Positions 28,001-38,919 of a stretch of 64,000 nt of DNA are shown piece after piece. Positions within the stretch are counted from its first letter, which is position 1. Each line of letters begins with the position of its first letter. Source of the stretch: a virus; IMG/VR virus record IMGVR_UViG_3300045988_083782. The stretch is one strand, 5' to 3'. Made by a program: the position numbers and the translations under genes. The notes below the pieces were generated by a model. That model saw only the letters and a program-made list of their open reading frames with translations, was not told where the DNA came from and searched no databases.

Positions 28001-29229
28001 ATGCTGAAGGCAATATCACTAATGAATTACTTAACTATTTGATACCTGTACCAGCTACAGATAAAGATGTAGAAGGCACAGCAGATAGAATTCAATTGAT
28101 GAACTCTTCAATGTCTAACAGTTCTAACTTTGAGAATAGACTTATCGCTTACTTTACTGATCTATTGGATAGTAAAGATGAACGCATTAGGAATTTTGCA
28201 AATGACCTTGCTAGATATGCTTACTTAACATCTAATGATAATAAGGGTGTAAATACATTCTTCCATTTAGTTCCAATGGATTGGAAGATGCAACACGGTT
28301 ATATCGAATCTGTAAAAGATGTAATTCACGTACTCAATAATAGTGACTCAATAGATAAAATAATCACAGATATAGACAATCATTCTATAAGTAGTTATCC
28401 ATCTATTTCATTGTCAGTAGCTCGTAATAACTGGAATAATGAAACTATTGTACCTACTAGATCTATTCCTAAATCTGGCGCTGGTAGTATTATTGCAGAT
28501 GATATACTTCCTAACTCAGTATCTAGAAAATATAGAAAAGGGGTTAAATATGCTCTTAGTTTTGTGGATAGTAAAAACAGTAATTCTGACTTTGTTAAAG
28601 TGTCTTATGATGGAAATCCATAGAATGATGTACTCTATGTTAAAGTAGGTAAAGTAAAAGCATTTGATAAGAATGACCCTAGCAAACCCCTTAAAGGTGA
28701 AACTAAGACAGTTTATATGGCTATACCTAAATTAGGTTCGTTATAGAATGGTAAGCTTATACAAGAGTATCATAAGAACTATGATGAAAAGTCAGCATTT
28801 GATAATAACAATATACAAACATTAACATCTGAATAGATTATGACTTTCTACAATTCACACGAAAGAGGAAATTATGCAATATCTTATAAAGGTCTTAAGT
28901 TTGATGATATTATTGTTGAATTTACTCCGAATGAATACCTTGAAGGAGGATTAGATTATAAGTTAAGTGATGCAGGTCAAAAAGCTGTTGACAGAGATGT
29001 AAATAATGCTCTTGGTGATTATGGATTACTTGAAAATCCAGCATTTAAAGATAAGATGGAATAGAGATTGGCAATTGCAGAAGCAATAGGAGATGCTCCT
29101 GTAAAGAAAACAAGCAAAGTTCTTGATTATCGTATGTTTAAAGAAGAACCTGAGAACTTTAAATTTGAAGATAATATTACTGAAGAGTATTTAACTAAAA
29201 AAGATGATGATCCCAGTAGTCATTGTTAA
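16009..29229 (+). CDS. Giant virion-packaged RNA polymerase-like polyprotein (about 4400 codons), TAG-recoded
   Basis: 24 track ORFs from 16009 to 29064 are all frame 1, interrupted only by TAG (about 28, including a TAG-TAG doublet at 16843-16848). Single TAA at 29227-29229. Carries DFDID at 26413-27 after IGYRIPTQGLSS, HEAWH (HExxH) at 21799-21813, and an acidic E/P-rich repeat linker near 19050-19700. Confidence 0.85.
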
Positions 29230-29240
29230 AAATAAATAAT

Positions 29241-32200
29241 ATGTTTTGTCCTTAGATAAATAATTAGAAGGTAAGAGATTCCTTCAACGATATAGTGGAA
29301 GCTCTTGGTGGTGAACCTTTGACCATCGAGGAGTTTAAAGACGGAGAATTAAGGAGACAAAGAACAGGTGTGAATTATGCGGCTATGAATGCCGCATATT
29401 CCATCTGGGATATGAATAATGGCAATAGCATAGATAGAGCACCTAATGGTGAGCCTTCTATACTTTTTCAAACTCTTATGGAAAAGTATGATGGAGACAC
29501 TATGTAGGCTATTTAGGCTAAGTCCAAAGTATATAGCAACGGATTCAAGAAATGGTTTGGCGATTGGATAAATAATCCAGAAGAATCATCTAAAGTAGTC
29601 GATGAAAATGGAGAACCGTTAATAGTGTATCATGGTACACCCCAAGATGAAATAAAAGAGTTCTCTATAGATAAAGTAAAGATGCCAGATTCACAGAAAA
29701 TAGCTGACGTATTTACTAAAGGTTTTTATTTTTCTAAAAATCGTGATACTGCTAAATATACGTATTCTATAAAATACGAAACAGTAGGAAAAGGTGCAGA
29801 AAACCTATAGTATGGATCTGTAATAGGTTGTTATTTGAATATAAAAAATTTATATAAAGCTGAAATAGATAGTAAAGAGAAGAATCTTGTTGATGAAAGT
29901 ATAAATGTACGTAAAAAAGTTCTGGATAATATCGATAACAATGATGGAGCGGAAATGATTATATACGATATAGATCAAGGAGACCCCGAATTACATTCAA
30001 TATAGACTTAGTTTGTAGTAAAAGATGCAACCAATATAAAATCTGTAGACAATAGTGGTAGATTCATATCTAATTCTCCTAATCTATTTGATGGTGTATT
30101 CTCCCCAGAAGCATTAAAATTCAATGAAGTAAACATAAATAAAGCACAAGAAGCTCTGAATAACTTTAGAGCTAACAGATATGACTTTTCAAATGTTACA
30201 GCCAATCTAAGACAAAGAATTAGAGATGGTGTTAAACAAAGAATTAAAGCAATTAATAATAGAAATATACCTAATAAGTCTGCTATAATAACTTCATTAG
30301 AATACCAGCTAAATAACTTAGAAAACAAAACTGTATCAGATCTTGAGAATATAGTATTCTTTATTAAAGATGTATGGTCTAATATGGAAAGTCCTATTGG
30401 TCTTATACTTAGAGCTTAGAAGAATATTACCGAAGGTAAAGACAGTGGATTGAGTAATAATTAGCTTATTCAATTTCAGCAGGACTACTACGGAATGTAT
30501 AATACACTTAGTAATGAAATTGCTGCTGAATTATTCAACTCAGATAGATACAGAGACTTATTAGGAGCTCAAGAATTCGACGATCTTAAAGCTTAGATAA
30601 AGTAGATCCAAGAGATGTTTGGATATGCTCAAACAGCCTTAAATGACGTAATAACAGACCATGCTGCAAAGACACTGTTAATGCGAGGTATTGATGCAGG
30701 ATCTAATACTATACGTAACTATGTTAATACTTAGCTTACTTCTACCGCTAACGATATGTCTATGTTAGTAAGACTTATTGGTGCTGGAGATAAGATGTCT
30801 GATGAAGCTCTTAGAGTAATGTTTAATATAGTACAGAGAGCAGAGGATAAAATTGCTGAAAACACTTATATTAAAGGTAGAAAGCTATTAAAGTTACTTG
30901 ATAAAGTAGGCACTAAGCAGTTGAAACTATTTGAAACTGATTCTAAAGGAAAGAAGACAGGTTATTTAGTTAGAGATAAAAAGTATGGATAGTTTAGAGC
31001 TGAGTTTAAAGACTTTATGAAAGCTCTTAAGGCTAGATACAATGTATCTGAAGATAGACAAGTGCCAGATGATATCAATGTAAGAAAGCAATTTAATGCC
31101 GAAAAGAATGCGTGGCTTGAAGACCACTGTGAAAGAAGATTTACAGCAGAATACTATAACTTATTTAATAGCCTTAGTGATGAAACTATTGCCGCTAGAG
31201 ACGCTATCCAATTTAAGATCTATACTTTATTAGATAAAGCAAGAGACAAGCACGGTAATGTAAATTTGGAGAAACTAAGCGATGCAGAATGGGATCAGTT
31301 ACAAGGATACTATGTTTAGAAAAAGCAATTAGCTTCTATTTACTATCCTAGTGGAGCAAAGAAACAAGATATTGAATTATAGATAGCTCTCGAATTACAA
31401 GATTTAAATAAACAGCTTAGTGGAGCTTTAGAGTATAAAGTAAATCAAAAGAAATTTGATGAAGTAAAAGCTGAAAAGAAAAGAACTTTATCAGAAGAAG
31501 AATTCAAGAAGTGGGAACAAAGAAATACTAGAGTAGAAATAGATCCTAAATTCTGGGAACAGTTAAAGAAGATACAAAGACGAGAATATGGTGAAGAGTA
31601 TGCTAGAATTCAAGAAGTAAAGAGAGAAATACTTAATACTTATAGAGATGAAAGAACTGGTACTCCCAATACTCACTTAATGTCTCGTGAAGTAATAAAA
31701 ACACTTAAAGCTCTTGATAGAGATTTACGTAGAATTAGAAGAAAAACTAAAAAATCAGGTAAGAAAGGTGAATTACAGTTTAAAGATATTGCTAAAACTG
31801 TAACTACTTGGCAGTATAAGAGAGATAAAAAGGAAGCAATTGCCAAAGAAGCTACAAATCCTGGTTATTATGCTTCTTGGGAAGCACAACATCACACGTA
31901 TACTGCCGAAGGTAAGGCAATACCTAATTCTTACTATACTACTATTGTACCACTTAATGAAGAGTATATTCATATAGTACCTAGTAGAGCATTCTCAGAA
32001 TTATCTGAAGATTCACAATTCTACAATAAGAATTATAATGAAAATTCAGATGAATACTATCAACCTAAATCTTCTTTATATGGCAATGAAAAGCAGTTCG
32101 CTGAACTGATGAAAGACAAAGATCTAAAGGCTCTATATTCTGCTATATTAGAGACTATGCACGAATCCAACGAAAAATTACCATTCTTAACAAAGAATGA

Positions 32201-34001
32201 TCCATACAAATTACCACAGATTAGTGGTAGTATGTATCAGTTTGTAAAGAGTTAGGACAATCTGATTAAAGGCATGTTAAAGTATACAGCAGATTCCTTT
32301 GTAGCTAATTCTGATGACGTTGGTTTTGCTCCAGAAAAGATAACAACTAGACCTGATGGATCTCCATTACGTATGGTTCCTACTTACTATATTAAAGATT
32401 TAGACGATGTAACCACAATGACTAATGACTTAGTAGGAGCTGTTGTTTCTTACTATAAAATGGCAGAGAATTTCAAGTAGAAGACAGCAATTGCTCCAGA
32501 CCTTGAGATTATAAAGAATCAGTTAGGTTTAAGAAACTTTACTGGTACTAATACTACTATGGATAGAGCGAAGAAATGGTTATTGTAGAAACAAGATCCT
32601 AAGAAAGGTACAGAAACGCGTGTATACGAGTTTGCTAAGAACTTTATAGATATGCAAGTATATGGGGAGCTTACTAAAGGTAACTTCTTTACTATAAAAG
32701 GCAAACAGTATAATTTGTCTAAGTTACTTTCGAAACTGAAGAATTGGGGAACCACTATTAACTTGGGTTTGAATTTCATTAGTGCTTCTGTAGGTTTTAT
32801 TACTGCTTTACATACTTCTTTCATGATGGCTGTGCAAGGTAGGTATTTCAATATGGGTAATTATATGCACGCTTGGAAAAACACTATAACTAATCTTCAT
32901 AAATCTGCGTGGAACATAGGTGCTAACAATATTAATAATAAGTATATTAACCTAATGGAATACTTTGAGGTTGGTACTGAACAAGATAGATTGTTTAAAG
33001 AATCAAATCTTAATAGAGCGGTAAAAGTAGCTAAACGAGATTGGGCATTCGGAATTTACTCCATGTCTGATTTTATAATTAAAGGCACTATCTTAAATTC
33101 CGTTATGTTAAACTTTAGGTACTTCAATGGCGAATTTCTGACAATGGAATAGTTCATGTAGAACTATAAAAACAATGAAGCAGAAGGAAAAGCAGTTTGG
33201 AGTACGTTACCTACTTCTTATGATGTAGTAAGTGTAGAGAATGGCATAATTAAAGTAGATCCTAAGTATGCTAAAGCATTTGAAGCTAAGAAGTTTGTAA
33301 TTAAAAACACCGCAGCTACTATGGCAGCTACAGCAGATGGTATGTTAACTCCATTACAGAGAACATAGATGCAAGCAAATGCTTGGGGCGCATTGTGTAT
33401 GATGCATAGACAGTATCTTCCTAATATGATATAGGAAAGACTTACTATGAAAAAACACTATGACTATAATACTGGAACTACTAGAGAAGCTCTTTATAGA
33501 ACACCACTTAGAGTAGCTAAAATGCTAATAAAAGACTGGGGTCAAAAGAAACAAATACTAGAAAGTTTAGATGCTTCTGATAGAGCTAATTTAAGACAAA
33601 TAATGACAGAATTACCATTACTGTTTGTAGTATATCCATTAATCTCTATAGCATTATCAGCAGAAGCAGATGATGATAAAGATAATTGGTTGAAACAATT
33701 ATGTGCATTACTTGTAGTTAGGTCTAAATTCGAAGCAGGAGCTCCATATAATGTATTAGATATTGTAAATACAGTTAAATCTCCATCTGCTATATTTAGT
33801 ATGACAGATAATATTTCTACTGTAATTAACTATCCTATATACTTGTTTAATAATGGCGATAAAGTATCCAAGTATGGCCCATATAAAGGATGGACTAAAC
33901 TAGAAAAATCATTACTTAAATTAACACCATTTAAGAATGTATGGGAACTTCAAGATCCAGCTATTAAGCGAAGGTACTTCTAGACACAAATTGATAAATA
34001 A
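29241..34001 (+). CDS. Large polyvalent ejected/cargo protein (about 1590 codons), TAG-recoded; possible ART-like domain and C-terminal TM helices
   Basis: Track ORFs 29295, 29625, 30756, 31017, 31680, 32274, 32652 and 33447 are all frame 0. About 23 in-frame TAGs; TAA at 33999-34001. Contains WFGDW...SKVVDENGEPLIVYHGT...GFYFS. The start is uncertain: ATG 29241 or GTG 29295. Confidence 0.75.
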
Positions 34002-34006
34002 AAGTA

Positions 34007-34042
34007 AAGGCTACTATCCTCACGGACGGTAGCCTTTTTATT
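34007..34042. terminator. Bidirectional terminator between the convergent late (+) and early (-) modules
   Basis: AAGGCTAC (34007-14) pairs with GTAGCCTT (34029-36). T-rich tracts flank it on both strands. Confidence 0.75.
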
Positions 34043-34068
34043 GCTATGTTAACTGTGATATGTTTAAT

Positions 34069-34581
34069 TTAGATTTCTTCTAGAAACTTAGTATAACTAG
34101 GCTCTAGAACGTCCTTTAATGGAACTGTTTCTATGCATTTGCCTGAATAGGAAATGTCATAGATATAATCTTCTATATCAATTCTGTTAGAATATTTCCA
34201 TAACTTAAAGATTGCGACTTTATGTTTTGGAGTAAGACATCTATTACCACTATTCTTAAGTGCTTTAAATTCATGTCTAAAACACATTGGAACAGTAAAG
34301 ATAGCTAAGTCATAAAATACTCCATCTATCCTAATAGAATATCTATTATAGAAATTTCTATTTCTTTCTAACATTTGATCTAGTTGATCTACTTGTTTTA
34401 TAGTGTTACACTTAAATAGGATAAACAAATGATTCTCAAACCATGGGTAGTCTTTACTTTCATTGTACATGTTAACAAACATAGGACATTCAAGTAATTC
34501 ATTATTATCCATAATCAACTGCGACATAAACATTGCAGTTTTATTTAAGTTCCTCAATTCCGTCATTCTCGTAGTATTCAC
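34069..34581 (-). CDS. Hypothetical protein
   Basis: Intact ORF with a TAA stop. The true start may be the Met at 34533 (MFMSQL), just after the upstream stop. Confidence 0.6.
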   Translation of the reverse strand: MNTTRMTELRNLNKTAMFMSQLIMDNNELLECPMFVNMYNESKDYPWFENHLFILFKCNTIKQVDQLDQMLERNRNFYNRYSIRIDGVFYDLAIFTVPMCFRHEFKALKNSGNRCLTPKHKVAIFKLWKYSNRIDIEDYIYDISYSGKCIETVPLKDVLEPSYTKFLEEI

Positions 34582-35548
34582 GAGTATGTTCCCAATTACC
34601 AGAATTGATATGATATGATATTCCTTTTAAAGCGTCTGATATTACTTCTGACCTTTTGGATAACTCCTCAGGGTTCAACATATTGAACACTCTAATTTGA
34701 TTATTACCATTTGTTTGAATAGCTATTATATATGCCCTCTTTTCATATTCAGACATATCAATACCTAGTTCATTAGTAAAATACCAATCTAGAGCTTCAA
34801 AGTAAAATTCAAGCTGCCTATAATAGTCGTACTCTTCTACAGAATGCTTAAAGTTAAAAGCATCTGAAGTAGTTTTAAGGTCAATAAGAGTAACTACTTT
34901 ATTCTTATGATCTAATATAACTCTATCAATAAGAGATTTACAGTCTATTCCTGAAGACGAATGCGTCCAGTTAATATGAAATTCATTATGACTTTCTACA
35001 TCTTCGGTCCATAACAATTTCTTAGCTGCTACATGATTTTCTAGATTTGATTTAATGTTCTTTAACATATTCAAATCTGCAAAGGATATAATATTCTTAA
35101 AGTTTCTAGTTCTAAGATATTTTATATAGTTAGTATAAGTATCTACTAATTTAGTAGCATCATCTAATACAACTTCATCCTTTTTACTGTTACTATAAGA
35201 GCTCCTATATGCTTTAATCTTTAAAGTATCTACTGATTCTAGTGGTTCTGTAGACAATAGATTAGCATAGCATTCGCAGAAGGTCTTCTGCTGAGGTGCC
35301 TTAGGTGTATCAAAATCAAGTATTTCATAGTCTTTCCAGAATTCCTCTGGCTGTAAAATGTACTCGTGGATCATAGTACCTCTTTCAAGAAACTTACCAC
35401 TAAGTCCTTCCTCTTTATTATCGAGCATATCTCTTAGATATTGAGGCCCCTTATTAAGAAACCAACCTATCGCAGAGTTCGAAATACGAGTATTATCTTC
35501 ATAATAAGGAATTATTATTTCCATATTATGCAGCCTCACATTTTTCAA
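34541..35548 (-). CDS. PD-(D/E)XK nuclease (RecB/Cas4-like exonuclease)
   Basis: 335-aa ORF with IDRVILD...VTLIDLKTT...YYRQL motifs (D, D/ExK, QxxxY). Confidence 0.8.
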   Translation of the reverse strand: MKNVRLHNMEIIIPYYEDNTRISNSAIGWFLNKGPQYLRDMLDNKEEGLSGKFLERGTMIHEYILQPEEFWKDYEILDFDTPKAPQQKTFCECYANLLSTEPLESVDTLKIKAYRSSYSNSKKDEVVLDDATKLVDTYTNYIKYLRTRNFKNIISFADLNMLKNIKSNLENHVAAKKLLWTEDVESHNEFHINWTHSSSGIDCKSLIDRVILDHKNKVVTLIDLKTTSDAFNFKHSVEEYDYYRQLEFYFEALDWYFTNELGIDMSEYEKRAYIIAIQTNGNNQIRVFNMLNPEELSKRSEVISDALKGISYHINSGNWEHTREYYENDGIEELK

Positions 35549-35603
35549 GAACAGAACTGTTCATGTAGTTATTAAAGTCTTTAACTTCCTTTAATTTTTC
35601 TTC

Positions 35604-35795
35604 CTACATTTTAATGCGTCTGTATGCAAAAAATGCACCTTTTGCATCACCATTGATTATGTTAGTCTCAAAATCTTCTCTAGCTTCTTCTAACATACGT
35701 TCTTGCTCGTTAAGAAAATTACACAATGATCTTCTGAACTTTACTTCAGATGCAAGGTTCTTTACCTTTTTAATAATACTTTGTAGTACATTCAT
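35604..35795 (-). CDS. Small hypothetical protein
   Basis: 63-aa ORF in the operon orientation, helical and charged. Confidence 0.45.
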   Translation of the reverse strand: MNVLQSIIKKVKNLASEVKFRRSLCNFLNEQERMLEEAREDFETNIINGDAKGAFFAYRRIKM

Positions 35796-35897
35796 AATTT
35801 AAAATTTTTTCAACCTCTCAATTTTTCATCTTTCAAAAAACTGATTCCTCAGTTTACGTGTGAAATAGGGAGTAACCAAACTCCCTATTCCTATACT

Positions 35898-36839
35898 TTA
35901 ATTCATTCTTATATTCTGTAAAAACTCTTCAAAATTAATTACAGGAATATCTTCGTCGTCATCATCATCTTCGTAGTCATCAAAACTAGCTTCGCAATTA
36001 TCATCTTCTTCACAAGAAGTATCTTCACAATCATGAATTTCTTCTTCTTCAGTTGAATCAATTGGTTTTGAATTCTTAAGCTCAATATTCATATCCTGAG
36101 CAATTACTGTATTAGACAGTTCAGGGAACATAAGCTTTTCATCGATAAATGATAAAATGTTATCAATAGATAACAAACAGAAGTTATTAATAATGAAATT
36201 ATAAGTATTTTCAATTTCGTTCAAAGCAATACCTTTATCTCTAAGGATTTCCTTCAAGAAACGAGCATTATCGTTTGCTTCAAAGTGTCTCTTGTAACGA
36301 ATGCGAGAACAGCGATTCTGTAAGAATTCACTAATATTGTTTTCATTATTACAAGTAAAGAGTACTAGCTTTTTAGCATTAGTCTGTACACCATCTAACC
36401 ATCCTAACAGTTCCTCTGTATTCCAATGCTTATCCACTTCATCAAAGATAACTGCTACTGGAATAGAGAACTTACGGAAAAAATCATTGATTCTTCCTGT
36501 AGGGAAATCTTCATCAACGACAATAACTGGTAGATTCGAATTCTGTGCAATGACTTTAGCCATAACAGTCTTTCCGGTACCTTTAACACCAGAAAGCATT
36601 ACGCCAGTTGATAATTTATCAGTTTTCTCAAAGTAAGTATTTACACGTTTAATGAAGATTTTATCTTCATCTGTAGAATACACTTTAGAAGGCAAGTTTA
36701 GTGAACCATCCTCTTCAAAGTAAGACATACCTTCATACCGATTATACTTTAGATTATAGACTTTGCCATGCTCTAATTCATAATCTAATCCTTTGGGTTT
36801 ACTAATAATCTTATCACCTAGTTTAATAAATTCTGCCAT
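35898..36839 (-). CDS. AAA+ ATPase with an acidic C-terminal tail
   Basis: Walker A is GVKGTGKT and Walker B is VIFDEVD. The C-terminus is D/E-rich (DDYEDDDDDED). Confidence 0.8.
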   Translation of the reverse strand: MAEFIKLGDKIISKPKGLDYELEHGKVYNLKYNRYEGMSYFEEDGSLNLPSKVYSTDEDKIFIKRVNTYFEKTDKLSTGVMLSGVKGTGKTVMAKVIAQNSNLPVIVVDEDFPTGRINDFFRKFSIPVAVIFDEVDKHWNTEELLGWLDGVQTNAKKLVLFTCNNENNISEFLQNRCSRIRYKRHFEANDNARFLKEILRDKGIALNEIENTYNFIINNFCLLSIDNILSFIDEKLMFPELSNTVIAQDMNIELKNSKPIDSTEEEEIHDCEDTSCEEDDNCEASFDDYEDDDDDEDIPVINFEEFLQNIRMN

Positions 36840-36845
36840 AATTTG

Positions 36846-37235
36846 TTATTTTTTTGAAAGTTCGTTGACCATCTCGTCAACTTGTTTCTGATTACGGACT
36901 AAAAACAACTTATAGTCCTTGTTTTCTTGTTTTAAATAATACTTAAAGATCTTCCATCTTAACGGAAAACTATCCGTTACAAGACCTTTACATTCTATGA
37001 TAAAGTTTTTTCCAACAAAATCGGGAAGATAAGTCATAGCTCTTACCTTTTCTCCATTATATTCAAACTTTGGAATAAGCTCAAAGTGAGTAGATTCATA
37101 TTCTGCATCTATTCCAGCTTCTTTAAGCTTTTTGTAGGTATAAGTTTCGAGTTTACTTCTAAACTTTATACCATCATATATATTTGGAGTAGCATTACGT
37201 ACTTTTCCCTACGATTTCTTCTTACTTTTATTCAT
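36846..37235 (-). CDS. Small PD-(D/E)XK nuclease, DUF1064/Holliday-junction-resolvase-like, with an in-frame TAG at codon 9
   Basis: The track shows only the C-terminal 63 aa (YLPDF...IIECKG). The frame stays open upstream through DGIKFRSKLETYTYKKLKEAG to ATG 37233-37235. That ATG overlaps the upstream gene's stop. The single TAG lies at 37209-37211 on the (-) strand. There is no in-frame ATG, GTG or TTG between the TAG and the conserved core. Confidence 0.7.
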
Positions 37236-37464
37236 AACTAATATGAGTGTATGAAATATTTTTGTGAATAAGATATTCTGGTTCCTTTTTAGCAATATTA
37301 TTAATTGCCTTAGCTACACGTCGAGTATCTTCTTGAAGTGAAGACAGCATATATGCTAAATATAATTTCGGAAAGAACCGAATAATAAAAGGAACAAACA
37401 CAAAAATCTCAAGTAATGCTAATAGAAACGCTGCTAAGGTTAAGTATAAAATAAATGCTGTCAT
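37228..37464 (-). CDS. Small membrane protein
   Basis: 78-aa ORF with an N-terminal hydrophobic helix pair. It overlaps its neighbours by 4-8 nt. Confidence 0.6.
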   Translation of the reverse strand: MTAFILYLTLAAFLLALLEIFVFVPFIIRFFPKLYLAYMLSSLQEDTRRVAKAINNIAKKEPEYLIHKNISYTHISYE

Positions 37465-38438
37465 ATTTTTTTCTTTTTTAGTTCTTTATCTAGCCATTGG
37501 CTAACTTCTTGGAATGATGTACTCTTAATAGAATCAGAGACATCTTTAGAGTGAAATTTCTTATGCATTAACATGACTTCTAAGTCATATTGTTTACCTA
37601 TTTTACGACTATACTTAACACCAGCTTTATCTCTATCAAATAGTACGATAATACGCTTAAATCGCTTCTTTAGGTCCTCTAAGACTACATTAGGTATAAA
37701 TGTGGATTCACTTGATGGAGATATAGCACTATATCCCATTTCATGCAAACACATTACATCCTTCATACTCTTAGTAATAAACAGTATATCACCAGAATCT
37801 GGCAATTGTTTAAAACCTTGAATATCCATTTCGGTTAAGTTATTACGCCATTTCGTATACTTATCTCCTAATGGTCTATATATCTTAAAGTTGTTATATA
37901 CCTTATAGGCATACATAGGATTTTCATTCTTGTAAACTCCTTTAACAATACCATTACATAAATAGTATTTAATACTAAATACATCATATTTCTTTAGTGT
38001 ATCTAGGGAAATATTAAACTGAGCCCAGTAATTGATATCAATTTGTGTAAAGTCTTGCCTTACGATACCAATTACTGTCTCTGTTGACGGTATATATTGC
38101 TTAGAGCTAACGAGTTTTGTTTTGTTGGTAATCTTTAGTTTGTCTACTATATCCTTTAGGATTTCATTGTAATCTGTAATACCAGTATATAATGAAACAA
38201 ACTTTATTACATTACCACATTCACCTGTTCCATGATCCTTAAATAAGAGTTGTTTGGTACGCTTACTATAATATATTCCAAATGAAGGATTCTTATCCTT
38301 TCTAAATGGACTATTATAGATCATACCTACTTTAAAGCTACCAATATACTGAGCATATATGTCATACTCAGTTACTTTAGATAGTATATAATCTAAAGTA
38401 ATATTAGTAGGTAGTTTTACTCTTTTTTTATCGTACAT
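37461..38438 (-). CDS. DNA primase (TOPRIM domain)
   Basis: N-terminal NSPFRKDKNPSF...FKDHGTGECG. C-terminal TOPRIM-like ILFITKSMKD...VLFDRDKAG. Confidence 0.8.
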   Translation of the reverse strand: MYDKKRVKLPTNITLDYILSKVTEYDIYAQYIGSFKVGMIYNSPFRKDKNPSFGIYYSKRTKQLLFKDHGTGECGNVIKFVSLYTGITDYNEILKDIVDKLKITNKTKLVSSKQYIPSTETVIGIVRQDFTQIDINYWAQFNISLDTLKKYDVFSIKYYLCNGIVKGVYKNENPMYAYKVYNNFKIYRPLGDKYTKWRNNLTEMDIQGFKQLPDSGDILFITKSMKDVMCLHEMGYSAISPSSESTFIPNVVLEDLKKRFKRIIVLFDRDKAGVKYSRKIGKQYDLEVMLMHKKFHSKDVSDSIKSTSFQEVSQWLDKELKKKKI

Positions 38439-38439
38439 G

Positions 38440-38838
38440 TTATTTCTTTAATAAAGATAATTCCCTATCTAGTACTTTTCTGAAAACAGCTTCATCATCA
38501 ATTGAACAAACTCCACCATGTAGTGCATCATCACTAGGACTATATGGTTTAATTGTACGTATATATTTGTCTTCTTTACCACTTAATGAAAAGCTCCACA
38601 CTTCTCCTCCACGGATATCATATGATTCTTTGTAGTATAATAGATCTCTTTCATAGTCAAAACCTTTAACTAGAAACAATCTATTGAAATTAATATCTAC
38701 TACATATGTATTAGGTTTAATATCCTTAATATTAGGTATAATTAAATCTAACAGATCACTAATCATATAGTGTAAATGATCAAATCTATTTTTATTTCCA
38801 ATTTTAGTTAATTCTTTCTCTAAGAAACTTTTTTTCAT
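38440..38838 (-). CDS. Hypothetical protein
   Basis: 132-aa ORF starting 1 nt after the primase start region, with a TAA stop. Confidence 0.6.
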   Translation of the reverse strand: MKKSFLEKELTKIGNKNRFDHLHYMISDLLDLIIPNIKDIKPNTYVVDINFNRLFLVKGFDYERDLLYYKESYDIRGGEVWSFSLSGKEDKYIRTIKPYSPSDDALHGGVCSIDDEAVFRKVLDRELSLLKK

Positions 38839-38919
38839 TATCAGTAAGTTCTCGCTCTCGCTTAATCTTTCTGAATTTACGTAATTTTCTGATAGTCATA
38901 ACTATAGATTTTAATGTGA

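Noticed and set aside
38839-38900. 31-codon (-) ORF (MTIRKLRKFRKIKRE...) overlapping the start of 38440-38838
   Set aside because: It is very short and highly basic, lies in a different frame from the downstream gene, and has no supporting signal.
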